Assembly: GCA_030265395.1 (NCBI GenBank)
Contig: JARFYF010000094.1
Span: 56,548,866-56,612,865, forward strand
DNA: 64,000 nucleotides
Source: Rhina ancylostomus
Lineage: Eukaryota
Direction: 5' to 3'
A program made the translations under genes and the position numbers. This document shows positions 1 through 14,040 of this stretch, piece by piece; position 1 is the first letter of the stretch; each line of letters begins with the position of its first letter. Under the pieces are notes generated by a model. It was not told the DNA's origin and did not search any database. It saw only the letters and a list, made by a program, of their open reading frames with translations.

Positions 1-2744
1 CTATTTTTAGCCAAGGCTGAATATCATTTCCTGAGAGAATTTCTCACTATAAAGAACTTTATACTTTAGGCTTGTGTTTCATAATTATGCGCTGTAATTA
101 TGAAGTTCCAAAGGGAGAACTAAAGCCCCATTGTTCTATCAGTTCATTTATGGTCTGTGTCAAACTTAGAAGAAAAAGAAATGCAACAGAACCAATCCTC
201 TGCCCCACTAATTTCTGTTGGGGCAGGGGTGAGAACAAAAAGTCATGATATCCTTCCACGCAAAATACACTGTGTTCGCAAAGGTAGTTTGAAACACCAC
301 TATCAAAGACTAACAGATGGAATACAGCTGGGGCCACATTAACGCTGGGGAGTGAAAACCATGGCCATCTAAAGAGAGCTTGAGAACCTTCAGTGCTGAA
401 ATGTTGTAGCTGTCATCAGCAGTAAGGGAAGTCCCACTAGATTTGTCATGAACGCAGAAAGAGGGTAGTGATGCCAGGCAAGAACTCTATTTGAAACCTA
501 GGTTTTCAAAATGAGAGGAATGGTAGTTAAAAAAGGAAGTAATCATAAAAACAGATTTTATTTAGAATAGAGAATAGGGGATGAAGAAAAATAAACAAAT
601 TAAGAAAAATGCTTGGGATTCTTTGGATTTTATAAAGACTGAATGAATAGAGTCTGATGTCTACACAACGAAGGCTGTGATACTGCACAATTTCCACCTC
701 TGTGTGTAGTTAAGGATTAAATTCTAAACTACACTTCTGCTGGATTTTGGCTATGCAGCTTGATGTATTAGAACAGGAAGAGGCATTAGAGAATTCTAAA
801 AAAAAAACAAAGCCAAGAATCATCAAAAAATTACACTAACGACCAAATCATACAACCCGATTCTAACTAGAACCAGCTGGCCAAAACCAGGCAGGGCACT
901 GCTGTAAGGAAGGTAAGGTGGCAAGCAATCAGGTCTCTTGTCAAGAGGCATAGTTTGGAAAAATATGACTGTTTAACTAATTTAACTTGGCTGGTATATT
1001 GCCATGATAATTTCTGCCCTATGTTATTGAATAATGTGACTAGTAAAATAAAATTATGTAATTTAAAATGGTTTCTTAAAGTGAAAACATTTCTTTTCAG
1101 CTTCTTTATTCTGTGTTACACAGTACAACACACAATTCATTAACGAGGTTATCCCAAATTTGTCCAGACCACAGAGCAGCACTCCAGAGTGAGGCCAACT
1201 GGTATAAATTAGTTTTTGTTTTATTCCCAGCTGATCAGTTATGCCTGGGAGGAAGTGCTCAGAGCCAAAAATCATAAGATGAAAAAATAATGGGAAACAT
1301 TATGCATTGATTAAAATCCAACAGACTTAAGTGCAAAACAATTAATCAGATACGTTGAAATGTATCTATCAGTTCTCTACAGGATTAGAGACTATATCAA
1401 TACAGGCAGAAATGAATGTGATCAAGAAAAATTGTGCCCTATATGCTCTCTAGAATTACCAGTAGGGCACTGACAGTTCTGGCTAACAGGAGTTTCAACC
1501 AGTAAAACTCTGCTGCCCTCCAGCGTCCATTTTACACCACTCAAGCCTTAAAATAACTTTTACCCATCAGGAAGACAACAAATCCTTGAAGTGTTTCTGA
1601 GATCCTTGGGTACTTTGACCAAGAGACAAGATGTTTCTAAAGAGACTAATGTCAAAGAGGGCACTGCAGTAGAGACAAATGCTGTTATGAGGTCACACAG
1701 CACAAAATCAGGCCTTTGGCCATCTGACTCTGTGCCTGCACCTGAAACAACATTCACACGAGTAACTGCACTTCCAGAAGTGGCTTGGCTGTATTTAAGA
1801 ACAAAATTGGTTTGCTCTTTCCTAACTGAAGGACAAGGGCCAATTGTGTAGCATGCAAAAATCAGAATTGGTTGAATCTTGAATTTAGATTTAAATCTTG
1901 GAGAAACCCAATTCAAATAGTTCAGTTATTCAGTGGGCAAACATACCAAGCCCCAGTGTTCCATGTTGTCACTATACTTGAAGTCAATTATTCTATGAAT
2001 ATTTACAACACTGAGTTATAGGAGGACTGAGATTATAGCAAGTCCAGCCCATTCTTGTCTCTCAATTACACTGAATCATCTCCCACAGTTGCATATCTTC
2101 AAGTGTTCTCAGTCAGTTAAAAAAAAGTAAATCCATGTCCTCAAAAAGTATTCTATCATTGAACTACAGTAACAATTTGTCTCCCAAACAAGCAAAACGC
2201 AAGTGTTGGGATTTTTACATATAGACTACTATAAATGGTATATAAATGCCAAAATTCCTGCAAAACACACATCTGAAACACTATCAGAAAGAACAGGCAA
2301 TGAAGCCAGATCACAGCAAATGGNNNNNNNNNNTTAATTAGTGATGTATCAACCTCACTGAGCGTAGACACGTGAATGACAAAAGGCAGATTATTTCCTG
2401 AAATTTGTTGTGTGGTTAGTTTGATGCATGTGGTGCAGGAGTACACTACCGTCACTGAGAAGGAAGAGAAATCTGACCTGATTAAATACAGCATTCACCC
2501 CCTGGATAGACAAATTAAACAAGGATGTCTTGGTATGACTTCCTATCATTACTCACATGTGAATAATGGTCATTTACACCAAAAGCAAATTACAACATCT
2601 AGAATGCATGAAGAGAAGAAAATGTAACTTATGTTATTCATTACTATGCTGGATAGTAATTTCTAATGTATATCTTTACAAAAGGAATGTTATGGACATT
2701 ACATAAAGGACTCTATGGCTTAAGGTCCAGTTTCAATGCACACA

Positions 2745-3037
2745 GTATTTTTCCCCAGGGAAGGGGAACAAAAAAATAGACAGCATAGGTTTAAATAAGA
2801 GGGGAAAGACTTAAAAGAGACCTGAGGGGCAACTTTTTTTTTACACAAAGGATGGAATGAGCTGCCAGGGGAAGCGGTTGAGGCAGGTGCAATATTAATG
2901 TTTAAAAGACATTTGTACAGGTACTTGAATAGGAAAGGCCTAGAGGGATACAGGCCAAATGCTGGTAGCTTGGATGGGCACCTTGGTTGGCATAGACAAG
3001 TTAGGCCAAAAGGCCTGTTTCCGTGCTGTATTACTAT
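2745..3037 (+). mobile_element. CR1-type LINE 3' end fragment
   Basis: Decayed ORF2 C-terminus (cataggtttaa..agaggggaaaga..ctgaggggcaactttttt..tggaatgagctgcca) and a 3'UTR ending ggcctgtttccgtgctgta. Confidence 0.8.
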
Positions 3038-3859
3038 GGTAAGCCACTATGACTCGTTTGGGCAGCATCTCAAATGTAGTTGAAGACTAGGTCATAAATT
3101 TGTAATGAATGTAATCGACCTTTACAGATATTTTGACCAGAGCTTTCTAATTCCCATCAAAATAAATGCTGGTTCCATGGAACTACCATGGAATTACTGG
3201 GCTTGCATTTACAGTTTCAGTCTCTCATTTTTGCGCACATATGTGGCATTGAGGCCGTAACAATGGTGTGCACTTTTTACATATTTCTAGAATGTTCCTA
3301 AAAATGAAAGTACTTCAAATTAATCCAAGTGAAATATAGCCCTCCAAATAGGAGAAATGTGAATCAGGGACCACAATTCTAGATTTCAAAAGGCTGTACT
3401 TGTATCCAGTGATACAAATATTGTTCATGATAAACTTGGTAAATATGCTATTGGGTATAACAACTTCTGTGGAGCAGTCAGTACTATTCATAAAAATTTT
3501 CTGTAATGCAGAACCAGTTTATACCCTAAAGCACATCCATCCACAACTAAAAGAGACCACATAAAACTAAAAGCACACAGAAAGGCACAGATACAGGCAA
3601 ATGAGAAAGATTTGAAGAGAAACAGTGACAAATGGTCTAGTAAAAAGTTGCAAGGAAAATCAAAAAGACACTACCCCCCCCCAAAAAAAATCAGCCATCC
3701 TAATGTGGACACTCCAGAAACAAATTATGGTGATACTGTACATAAAATGAGTAATAAGCTTCAATACCTGAACAAGTAAATATTTACAGTGGAAGAGAAC
3801 ATTTTGGACATACCAAAAATCTACTATTTTAGCCACAAACTACTATTATGCGCCACAAG

Positions 3860-5530
3860 TAAAGTTTTGAAAGCAATGGTGAAATGATGAGCGAAGTCCC
3901 TAACATCAGGTAGGTTCCATCTCAGGTTTTAAAGGAAGCACTTGGGACACTACAGATGCCCTCCCTATAATTTTCCAAAGTTCTCATGATCTGCCAAATG
4001 ATCGTAAAATTGTTCATGCTGCTCCTGTATTCAACAAAGGTGGGATAGGGATGGGGGGGGATGGAGGAGCAGAGAATTACTTAACCTAATATGTTGTCCA
4101 TAATTGAGGGCAAAGTGACGAAAGACTTTTTAAAACCTTCAGATGATCAGACAGAGCAAGAATGTATTATAAAATAGGAAGGCCAAGCCTGATGAAATGG
4201 AAGATGTAATGGACAGGGGAATATCTATGGACATCATCTGTATGGACTTCCAGAAATCATTTGATGAAAACCCTCAAAAGGCTGTTGGGTTTGGAGAAAA
4301 CTTATGGATCTCAACATGAAATTGGCTGAGCAGAAGATAGGGCAAATAAAGATGAACCAATGCTCAGATCTGCAAGCCACAACTAGTGGGCCCATGACAA
4401 GTGTTGGGGTAACAACTCACTGTATTAAAAAGTGACTGAGATAGAAAACAATATTTCCAAGTCAGATGATAACACAAAAATATATTGTAAACTCTGCGGA
4501 TGAAAAGCATTAAATTACAAAAAATATTAATACATAGTAGGTGGCAACAATTTGGCACCAGGTTTCAATATGAGCGAAGCGTGAAGTCATCCATGTTGGA
4601 CTGAGAAGACAAGAATACTTCTGCGGTGATAAACTAGAGCAGGTTCAATATGAGCACATATAGAGGTCATACGAATCTCATGGGCAAGCAGAAAAAGACA
4701 AATGGAATACTGGCCTTTATATGAACTATGAAGAAACAGAAGTTATGCTGCAGCTGTGGTAAGCCCTGGTTAGATTGCACCTTGAATATTGAGATCAGTT
4801 CTGGGTATTACAACTCCTAAGGGGCTTAGTGGGGTAGATAACGAGTTAATATTTCTCCTGGCTGGAAGTGTCAAGAACTAGAGGTCAGTCTCAAAATAAG
4901 GGGCCTGCCATTCAGGGGAGAGATGAGAAGAAATTTCTTCACCCAGAAGTTGGTGAATCTTTGAAATTTCCAACCCTAGAGGGCTGAAGAGGCTCTGTCA
5001 CTGAGTATATTCATGGCAGAATTGATAGATTTTTAGATGTTAAGAGAATCAATGGGTATGCATGGTGCAAAAGTGTGGCAAAACAGGCACAAGAGGTAGA
5101 ATTATCTATTTGTATTTCTTACACTCACATACTAGAAAGGAGATATTATCTAGGAGTAAGCACAGCATAGATTTACTAGAATGAAATCAGGATTCTGAGG
5201 GTTAAATTACAAGGAGAGGATAAACTAAGGTTGTACTTTATGGTATTTACAGATTTAGTTGCCAAGTTGACTGAAATTATTAGAAGGCACTAAAGAAGTA
5301 GTTGCAACTATTTCTTCTAGTTTGGGGGAAGAGGGGAACATAAATGTTGGATCTGAGAGCACAGTGTAAAAGTGGATCCTGACCTAACATTAAAGAAGTT
5401 AAAAACACTTACACATAGGAGGTTGGTAGATATTTGGAAATCTTTTCTGCAAACAGCAACTGATGGTATGGCAATTGTGAATATTAAATGTGTTTCTTTA
5501 TCCAAATTGTTTAAAGGATATGAAGCAGAA
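3860..5530 (+). mobile_element. Old CR1-type LINE (RT remnants) interrupted by a second CR1 3' fragment at about 4817-5110
   Basis: atggacatcatctgtatggacttccagaaatcatttgat resembles the D..YMDFQKAFD RT motif. A gccctggttagattgcaccttgaatatt segment resembles LVRPHLEY. The inner piece carries agaactagaggtca..aatttcttcacccaga. Many stops and frameshifts. Confidence 0.7.
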
Positions 5531-7103
5531 TCAGATCAGAGAAATGTCATGATGATTGATATTCAATTTCACACCTATGCCTATAGGTATTTGTGCACAT
5601 TCACTAGAAATGATACACTATTTCAAATATCAGCCTTCATTGAAATGAAGTGTAGCTACAGTATGTATCATGACTCCAGTCTATTTCCACCACTAAGCAA
5701 AATTATCACTGGATTCTTGAATTCTATTGAGTTAAAGGAACCTTTGCCCAAATAGCTAGATTTTAACGTGACATTTTGGGAATAGTACTGAAGTCACATT
5801 GAATTTTCTTCCTTTAATATGGGGTTCCCTCCAAGACCACTGAAAAATATAATGGATATTTGTATCAAGCCTTCCAGTCACACAAATATGTACATGAAAT
5901 GACATGGACATGTGAACAGATGCACAAAGCACACTTTTCATCTTCTTTCTCCCATGACACACCCTTGATATAGTTGTAATGATTGGCTACACTGGCACAA
6001 AAAATGCTTATAAACTGCAATACAAGGCCACTGCTGAACCTAGAATCAGATCAATATTCACACACTACTACTTAAGGCTTTATTTAAAAAAGAGTTCACT
6101 GTCCGAGGAATATATCTTGATATGTGCATATGTATGTACGCACATACAAATGGCTGCAAGCAGCAGAGGGAATGCACAAATGAGCGGAAGGGCAGGCAGG
6201 TAGGCAAGCAAGAATGTGCAGGGGTAAGTGAGAGTGCGGGAAAGCAGAAGAGTTATTTGATCTCAGCTGTGTAGTTAATCCTGCTACAATATTTTTTCCC
6301 AATTCAGGGGCTCATTTCAAATTTCCAAACCCACCAACTTTCATTACCAATGTTACAATATGTACTTTCTAATCTGTATTTCCCTCCTCTTATTTGGCAT
6401 GTCAATTTGGCACATTGGGATTTCAAGGTCTCATACGCAAATAATTAAAATTCATCAAACAAGCAGCAGCTTTGCTATTCTCCCTTCAAACACTGTAGTA
6501 AAAACTCTTGCAGGCAAGCTGCCAAATAGGAATGTATTTCACCTGTTTTGGAGACCTACAAATGTAGAACAATTTTTTTTTTAAAAATCAGAAATATGTT
6601 CTCTCTCTAATATACTATCAGCAAATAAGGTATCTTTCAAAGATCATCTGCCCAGGTGGTAGAACACAAAACCTTAATGGGTTTCAAGGTGGCACTCAAT
6701 GGCTTTTAGTCAGCACATGGCAATTAAGGTTATTCAGACTACACCAAGGAAAATGCTCTTGGATAGATGGATGGAATGGACATAGACTTCTCGGCCCAAA
6801 ACTGAAACTACTCTATTAAATCAATTATTCATCAGAAACTTTGTAACAATATCTGGTGATTGGTTGCTTGTATTTTGCATCAATTAAAATCGGGCCACGT
6901 GTGTTTATGAACACACTTTTGCTTTGACCCTAACCCAATTCCAGCGTGTATACTCATATTAGCATACACTCAGGACAATTTGTAATTACATCACATACAG
7001 CTTGCTGTTAAAGGCCATGCAAGCTCTGGTGTAAAGCTGAGCCCAGGATGCACCTTGAACAAGCTTGACCTTTAATGTTAGCTGAGCTCATTGATGCCTT
7101 CAG

Positions 7104-8701
7104 TTTGTAACCTCAGATTACAATGATCTATGAAATACATTCCAAACACAAATATAATGGTCTGCACTGAATGTGGGTGTGATCCATCCTGTTACTCTTG
7201 GCACTGGAATGCTGAGGTCTGACTTGGTTTTTTTTGCACCAAAAGATTTTTGTCTTTACATCACCTTAACATTGAGAGGGGGTAAGCAACTCAAACATGA
7301 TTGGGAGTCAAGTAGTTTGCATGCCAAATTAGTTTCACCAAGTGGGCACTCAATTACCACATAAAAATGAATGGATCAAGCAAACGGGCTGGAGTTCTAC
7401 TGGATCTCATCGAGGATTATCATGAAAAGCCACATATTGAACCTTGTGAAAAATTGCAAAAGGAGTAAAAGCAAAAGATTACACGCAAAGGTACGATGTG
7501 CAAAATAATCATCAGCAACTGAGAGAAAGAGCACTGCATATGGAATTGAAAAAGATTCACAGAGTATGTCAACTTTATAGAATTATAGGCAGCATAAAAG
7601 CAGACCATTTGCACCTAGTATACATTGGAATTTAAAATCCATACTAGTTTTCTCACCAACCCCCACCCAATCTTCCACTCTCAATCTCATCTCAGGTGTT
7701 CAATAGTACTGACTAGTCTCTTTACAATCATTTAGTTTTCCTTTAAAAGCAACTACACAATTTATGGTAGCAAATTCCACTTTCTAAACAGAATTTAGAA
7801 AATTCTCATTATTTCCCCCTGGTCCATTGGTAAATACAATGGTCTGCACTGACCGATGAGGTGATCCATCCTGGAGTAACAAGATGAATTACACCCACAT
7901 TTAGTGCAGACCATTATAATGTGGTTTTGGAATTGGAATATATTGTCACTTGTACCGAGGTACACTGAAAAACACGTCTTGCATACCGTTCATACAGATC
8001 AATTCATTACACAGTGTATTGAGGTAGTACAAGGTAAAACAATACAGAATGCAGAATAAAGTGTCACAGCTACAGAGAAAGCACTGGGCAGGTAGACAAT
8101 AGGGTGCAAGGTCATAATGAGCTAGATTGTGAGGTCAAGAATCCATTTTATCGTACAAGGGAACCGTTTAATAGTCTTTTAACAGAGGGATAAAAGCTAC
8201 CTTTGGGCCTGGTGGTACGTGCTTTCAGGCTTTTGTAAATTCTGCCTGATAGGAGAGGGGACAAGAGAGAATGTCCGGGTCTTTGATTATGCTGGCTGTT
8301 TTACCAAGGCAGTGAGAAGTATGGACAGAGTCCATGGAGGAAAGGCTGGTTTCTGTGATGTGCTGAGCTGTGTCCACAACTCTCTGCAATTTCTTAAGGT
8401 CCTGGGCAGAGCAGTTGCCATACCAAGCCATGATACATCCAGATAGGATGCTTTCTGTGGTGCATCAATAAAAGTTGGTGAGTGTCTAAAGGGACATGCC
8501 AGATTTCTTTAGCCTCCTGAGGAAGTAGAGGCACTGGTGAGCTTTCTTGGCTGTGGCGTCTACGTCATTAGAGGAGGACAGGCTATTGGTGATGTTCACT
8601 CCTAGTAACCCTCTTGACCTCAGCACCGTTGATGTAAACAGGAGCATGTGCACATAAGTGGAATGTTTTCCACACTGATTATTGTAATCTGAGGTTACAA
8701 A
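7104..8701. repeat. About 95-bp inverted repeat; left arm 7104-7197, right arm split into 7874-7933 and 8659-8701 by a LINE insertion
   Basis: tttgtaacctcagattacaat (7104-7124) is the exact reverse complement of 8681-8701. tataatggtctgcactgaatgtgggtgtgatccatcctgttactc matches the reverse complement of 7874-7918 with few mismatches. Confidence 0.85.
7934..8658 (-). mobile_element. Rex1/Babar-type LINE, 5'-truncated
   Basis: Minus-strand peptides KKAHQCLYFLRRLKKSGMS and AWYGNCSAQDLKKLQRVVDTAQHIT are typical of the Rex/Babar RT C-terminus. Flanked by tggaat at 7928-7933 and 8659-8664. Confidence 0.85.
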
Positions 8702-8702
8702 T

Positions 8703-8985
8703 TCATAGAATCGTATAGCACAGAAGTGGGCCCTTTTAGCCCATCTCATCCATGCCAACCATGATGCCTATCTATGCCAATCCCATTTGCAATAGTCCCA
8801 TATCCCTCCATGCCTTTCCTATCCAAGTACCTGCCCAAATGCCTTTTAAATGTTGTAATTGTATCTGCCTTTACCACCTCCTCTGGCAGCTTGTACCAGA
8901 TAACCCCACCCTGTATCTGAAAATTTTATCCCTCAGATCTCTAAATTTCTCCCCTCTCACCTTAAACCTGTGGCAGCTAGTTCTA
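8703..8985 (-). mobile_element. CR1-type LINE 3' end fragment
   Basis: catagaatcgtatagcacagaagtgggccctt..ctcaccttaaacctgtg; minus-strand peptide HRFKVRGEKF. Confidence 0.8.
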
Positions 8986-9381
8986 AACAGAAGAATGAGA
9001 GCGGATCTTATAGAAACATAGAAAATTATGAAAGGGATAGATAAGATAGAAGCAGGAAAGTTGTTTCCACTGGTAGGTGAGTCTAGAACTAGGGGACATG
9101 GCCTCATGATTCGGGGGAGTAGATTTAGGATGGAGATGAGGAGGAACTGCTTTTCTTAGATAGTAATGAATCAGTGGAATTCTCTGCCCAGTGAAGCAGT
9201 AGAGGCTACCTCATTAAATATATTTAAACAGATAGATTTTTGCATAGTAGGGGAATTTAGGGTTATGGGTAAAAGGCAGGTAGGTGGATCTGAGTCCACG
9301 GCCAAATCAGCCATGGTTTTATTGAATGGTGGAGCAGGCTTGACAGGTCAGATACTCCTGCTCCTACTTCTTATGTTCTTA
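8986..9381 (+). mobile_element. CR1-type LINE 3' end fragment (well preserved)
   Basis: Encodes RRMRADLIET..RTRGH..WNSLPSEAVEATSLNIFK; the 3'UTR ends ctcctacttcttatgttctta. Confidence 0.85.
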
Positions 9382-10427
9382 TTGTCTATTTCCCTAGTTA
9401 CCTCCTTGCTCTTTATATACATATAAACCGTTTTGGGAAGTTCATTAAATCTTATCTGTCACTGATATTTTATGGTGTTTCATTGTCCTCAATTCACACT
9501 CAAATCTGTTTGGTTCTTGCATTTTCCTATTTGGCTTAAAACTAATTTCACTGGTTCATATCAACAATTTTTACTGCTTAGAGAAGAAATGTTATTATTT
9601 TCTTGTGGTTTTCCAAGAAGATGCCACATCTTGAATTGCTGACCCTCAGCTTAATGCTTGTCAACAAAAGTTTGACAAAACTGCACAACATACAGTATGC
9701 ATCATCACAAACCACACCAGGTCCCTGTACCACTGCTAATCTTATTTAAATAGTATTTTTTTCATATGCACATGCATTATGAAATGACTTTGAGAACAAT
9801 AGGTTCTGCTCATTTAGCCCACAGTGTCACTTGTTCCTATATATTAGCAAGTCACAAAATTGCAATAACCCATTTTTACCACAATAGAAGTATTTTACTG
9901 CTTCAGAAATATTTTGCCACAAGGCGAGCTCAAAATAAAGTTCTACAGTAATCATTTTTGTTCTCAAATATTTATAGCTAATAGCAAAATCAGAGCCACA
10001 CTGCCCATGCAAAACATAGGCACAATAAATACCACTACAATTGACTATTTTTTCCAGCAACAGACTGAGAAGGAACAGGATCTCATATGACAGATGTCAA
10101 GCAGATAAAGAAAGAAGCTTTTGTTCCATTAGTTACAAAACTTCCATCCTTAGCAATCTATCCAATTATAAATCAACTCGAGGAAAGTCTAGGATTTGAA
10201 ATGTTAAATAATTTCATGAATTATTAAAAGTGCACTTCCTCTTTTAAAAAACATTTTTCATTTTCCAGTATGTCAGTTTAAAAATGGTGCAAGTTCCTAT
10301 GTAATAAATTCTGAATGATATATCTTTTTAAATCGAAGAGTTTATTTTAAGAATACAAGAACATAAAATACACGGTGGATATTTGGTCTTCGTTTGTGAA
10401 GCCCATAAAAAATAATTTCCTTCCCCA

Positions 10428-10509
10428 TTTTATTGCACTGTACTGCTACCGCAAATGACAAATATCACGACATACAAGTCAGTGATAATAAACATGATTT
10501 TGATTCTGA
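10428..10509 (+). mobile_element. Rex/Babar-type LINE 3' tail
   Basis: tgcactgtactgct..cagtgataataaacatgattttgattctga. The same tail occurs in reverse at about 47005-47200. Confidence 0.6.
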
Positions 10510-11249
10510 CTGTACAGATAAAGACAAAGCCAATCAAACTAATTCAATAAACACATTGGGAAGTTATTACATAATTCAATATGAATCATTCCCAGTACTT
10601 TCAAATCAGAAGTACTCAGAAGATTTTTGGAAACATCTTTACATTTATGATAATTGACAACATAACCAGCAGGGAGATGAAGCTTTACAAGCTGAAATCC
10701 ACTGCCTGAAAGGATGGTGGAAACAAATTCAGCACAGACACAATAGGATAATTCTGTACAGGAAAAGCAGCAAAAGCCAAGTGGCAGGATGCAAGAGTGA
10801 ATAAAGGGAGTAAGAGTTGGAGGGAGTCTGAGAGAGGGCAGGAATTCAGGTGGCCAGGGGGATGCCAAAGAGGAGATTCAGGAAGAGAGGGATCAATGGA
10901 GAGAGGGGTCAAGAGGAAGACAGCAAGTATGTGTCATGTGTGGAGTGTGTACATTTGCATGAGAGAAAGGGTCCCAATGCATTGCCAAGTATGTACATAC
11001 ACATGCTGATAGACGACTATGTTAGTGTCTATTTCTGTCATGTCCATGAAGCAGCACCTGACTTCCAATCATTTTAGATACCTTTAACACTGAAATGTAG
11101 ACCTCATTCTGTCAACTCTTTGATCATCGGAGATGCAGCAATAGTGACAGACATGCTTGTCACTCAGCTATCATTGCCTAGGAATTCAGGCTCTTTGACA
11201 TTGACATTGCGACTCTGAGTGAGACAATGATAGACAGGAGATGGTCAGC

Positions 11250-12170
11250 TCAAAGATCAAGGTGGTTGCTATACATTTTTCTGGATGGAAAAACCCAGAA
11301 AAGGAACACCATCTGAAGATGAGGTGAGCTTCTCTGTCAAGAATGATCTTGGTGACTCCCACCAGTGAGAGAAATGAATATCTCATAACCTCCAGCTCAC
11401 TAATTCAAAATCAGCAGGCAATTGTCTTCAGTGCAAGACTCTGGAAAACATGGGACATTATTCTATTATAGGAACCTCCTCACAATGAAGGTGATGCTGA
11501 AATTCACCATTTTCTTCAGGGCACCAGCACCACTTTTGGTCATCTGAGGAAAAGATTGTTTGAAGATGAAGGCCTCAAACCTGGCACAAAACTTACTGTC
11601 TACCAGACAGCAATGATCACTTCCCTCCCATATGTTCCTTGCATGGACTACCTACAGCATTGGAGAGGTGTCACCAATGTTACCTGCACAAAATCCTCCA
11701 AATCCTCCAAATCTACTGCAAAGAAAGCAAACCAATACCAGCATCCTCTCATAGACCAACATCCATCATTAAGGTCCTAATTACCCTTGGTCAGCTTTGA
11801 AGGGGGAGGCCACATTGTTTGCATACCTGACACCATCTCCCAAAATAGACACTCTAGTCACAGTTCTGTTATGGTACAAGATTACCAAGTGATCAAAGAA
11901 AAAGATTCTTTGATGTAGGATCTCCACAACTCATGAGAATCTGCGGCCATGACTACTCAGCGTGGAGCAGCAGCATTCAGGATGCACCAAGCACCTTGAG
12001 TCCATGTGCTCAGAGCAGACAGAAGCTCAGCATAAATGGTGGAGGGGTGCATGACTTCCCACCCAGTCACACTGCCAGGCATCTCGTCCTCTATGTGTGG
12101 CAGAGTCTACAGGTTCCACATTGGTCTCATCAGTCAGCTCAAAACCCATAAAACCAGTGAGGAAGTCATC
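11250..12170 (+). mobile_element. RTE-type LINE, decayed 3' half
   Basis: Encodes DAEIHHFLQGTSTTFGHLRKRLFEDEGLKPGTKLTVYQTAMITSLPY, an RTE/BovB-like thumb region. A zinc-finger-like 3' end follows (tgtggcagagtctacaggttccacattggtctc). Confidence 0.75.
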
Positions 12171-12716
12171 AATTAGGAAGAACAAATAACATCCCACACT
12201 GTATTATCTGAATAATAAAGGATTTGACATTGAACCCAAAAGGAGCTAAATTTGAGGCATGAAATTGCAGACCACACATTACTGGTATGAATCCAGGAAA
12301 TCAATATTCTACACTATTTGCATGAGGCTGCCATAGGTATCTCAATTAATCTTTACAAAAGGTCAAAGAAAATCAGGCAGAATGCAAAAAATATGTACGT
12401 CATAACTACACAAACTTTATTAATCCTTTATGCTGAAAATTAGGATCATACCATACTCCACAAATGTTTTGGTACAGATTTCAAAGAAATTCCAGGGGTA
12501 TTTTTTTCACTCTTGATAATTTAGCTTTAAATGAACTGCAATACATGGATAACTCCACACAAAGACATACTGAATAAAAGCTCAGACAGTAGGTTGTTGT
12601 TTTTGGAGAACTGAAANNNNNNNNNNNNNNNNNNNNNNNNNNNNNNNNNNNNNNNNNNNNNNNNNNNNNNNNNNNNNNNNNNNNNNNNNNNNNNNNNNNN
12701 NNNNNNNNNNNNNNNN

Positions 12717-14040
12717 TATAAACCTCTGTAAAGTCATCCCCCCAGCCTCCTACATTCCAGTGAGAATAAACCCTGCCTATCCAATTTCTCCTTATAACTA
12801 CAAGCCCCCATTCCAGCAACATCTTTGTGAGTCTCTTCTGCATCCTCTCCATTGCTACCACATCCTTGCTATCATGTGGCAACCAGAATTATACACAATA
12901 CTCCGGGTACAGCCTGATCCACATTTTGTACAGCTGCAACATGATATCCCAACTCTTCCAGTTAATGCCCTAGCCTACACAGGCAAACATGCCAAATGCC
13001 TTCTTCACTACCCTATCCACCTGTGTTGCCACTTTTAGTGAGCTATGGACTTGGTCTCCAAGGTCTTTCAGTAATCAACACTCCTCAGGTCCCTGCCATT
13101 TATTGTACATGTCCTACCAGAATTTGACTCTTGTCTGGAGCAAACTGAAACCAGTGAGCTCAGTTTTTGATTCCTCCATAATTTTAAATAGACTTTTGTT
13201 ATCCCCATCTAAGCCAAAATCTGTTTAATATTTCCTAACGGCTGGAATCTCTGTTCTGCTTTCATCTTTGTAAAATACTTGTGCACTTTCTCCAGCGTTT
13301 CCGCATCCTTTTTGGCTTACAGAACCAGAACTACAAACCTGTAGTCCTCATACAGCCTGACCAGTTTCTTATGCAGATTTGGCATAATTACCCTACTTCT
13401 GAATTCCCATCCCTGGAAATAAATCTTATTTCCTCATTAGCATTTTAATTGGTTTTCCTACCTGCTACGCTGACCATGATGATTTATTCACTTGTATACC
13501 TACACTATTTCCCAAGGTGTAAATAGGTGAGATTTCCATTTCCCCAACTATATTTTCTATGCTGAAGTTTATCTGCAACTCAACTGCCTTGTTAATTTTA
13601 AGATGGTGTGTTCTGTAAGGCACTATTTTTTCTTCATTGCACCCTACCCCTTACAGTTTAGCATTAACCTCTGATTTTGATAATAGTTCCTATGTCTGTA
13701 TTAACTTATGAAAATTGTTAAAAAAAACAACTGCTCTTGTAAAATACTACGTTCCTTAAGAACATATGGGTTAGAAGCAGTAGGGCACTCAACTCTTCAA
13801 GTGTGTTCTACCATTTAATAAATACATGGCTGATCTTATAAGACTCTCACCACCACATTCCCATCTACCTACAGTAACCTTTCACCTTCTTTCTTATCAA
13901 GCATCTTTCTTTCAGAAGTATTTGGAAACTCTGCTTCCACCTCTGAGGAAGGGATTTGCAAAAACTCACAATCCACAAAGAAAAATATGCCTCATCACAG
14001 TTTTAAAATGGGCAAGTTATTTTTAAACAGTTACCCTCTA
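12717..14040 (-). mobile_element. Several adjacent decayed CR1-type LINE fragments
   Basis: Minus-strand peptide KDVVAMERMQKRLTKML. ccagaattatacacaatactcc and ccagaactacaaac resemble EYCVQFW. A 3'UTR taagaacata..catggctgatc begins at about 13757. Confidence 0.7.

Noticed and set aside
1560-1916. Overlapping 118-aa and 86-aa ORFs on opposite strands as a nested gene
   Set aside because: They have non-ATG starts, no recognisable domain and no convincing splice context, which is compatible with chance ORFs.
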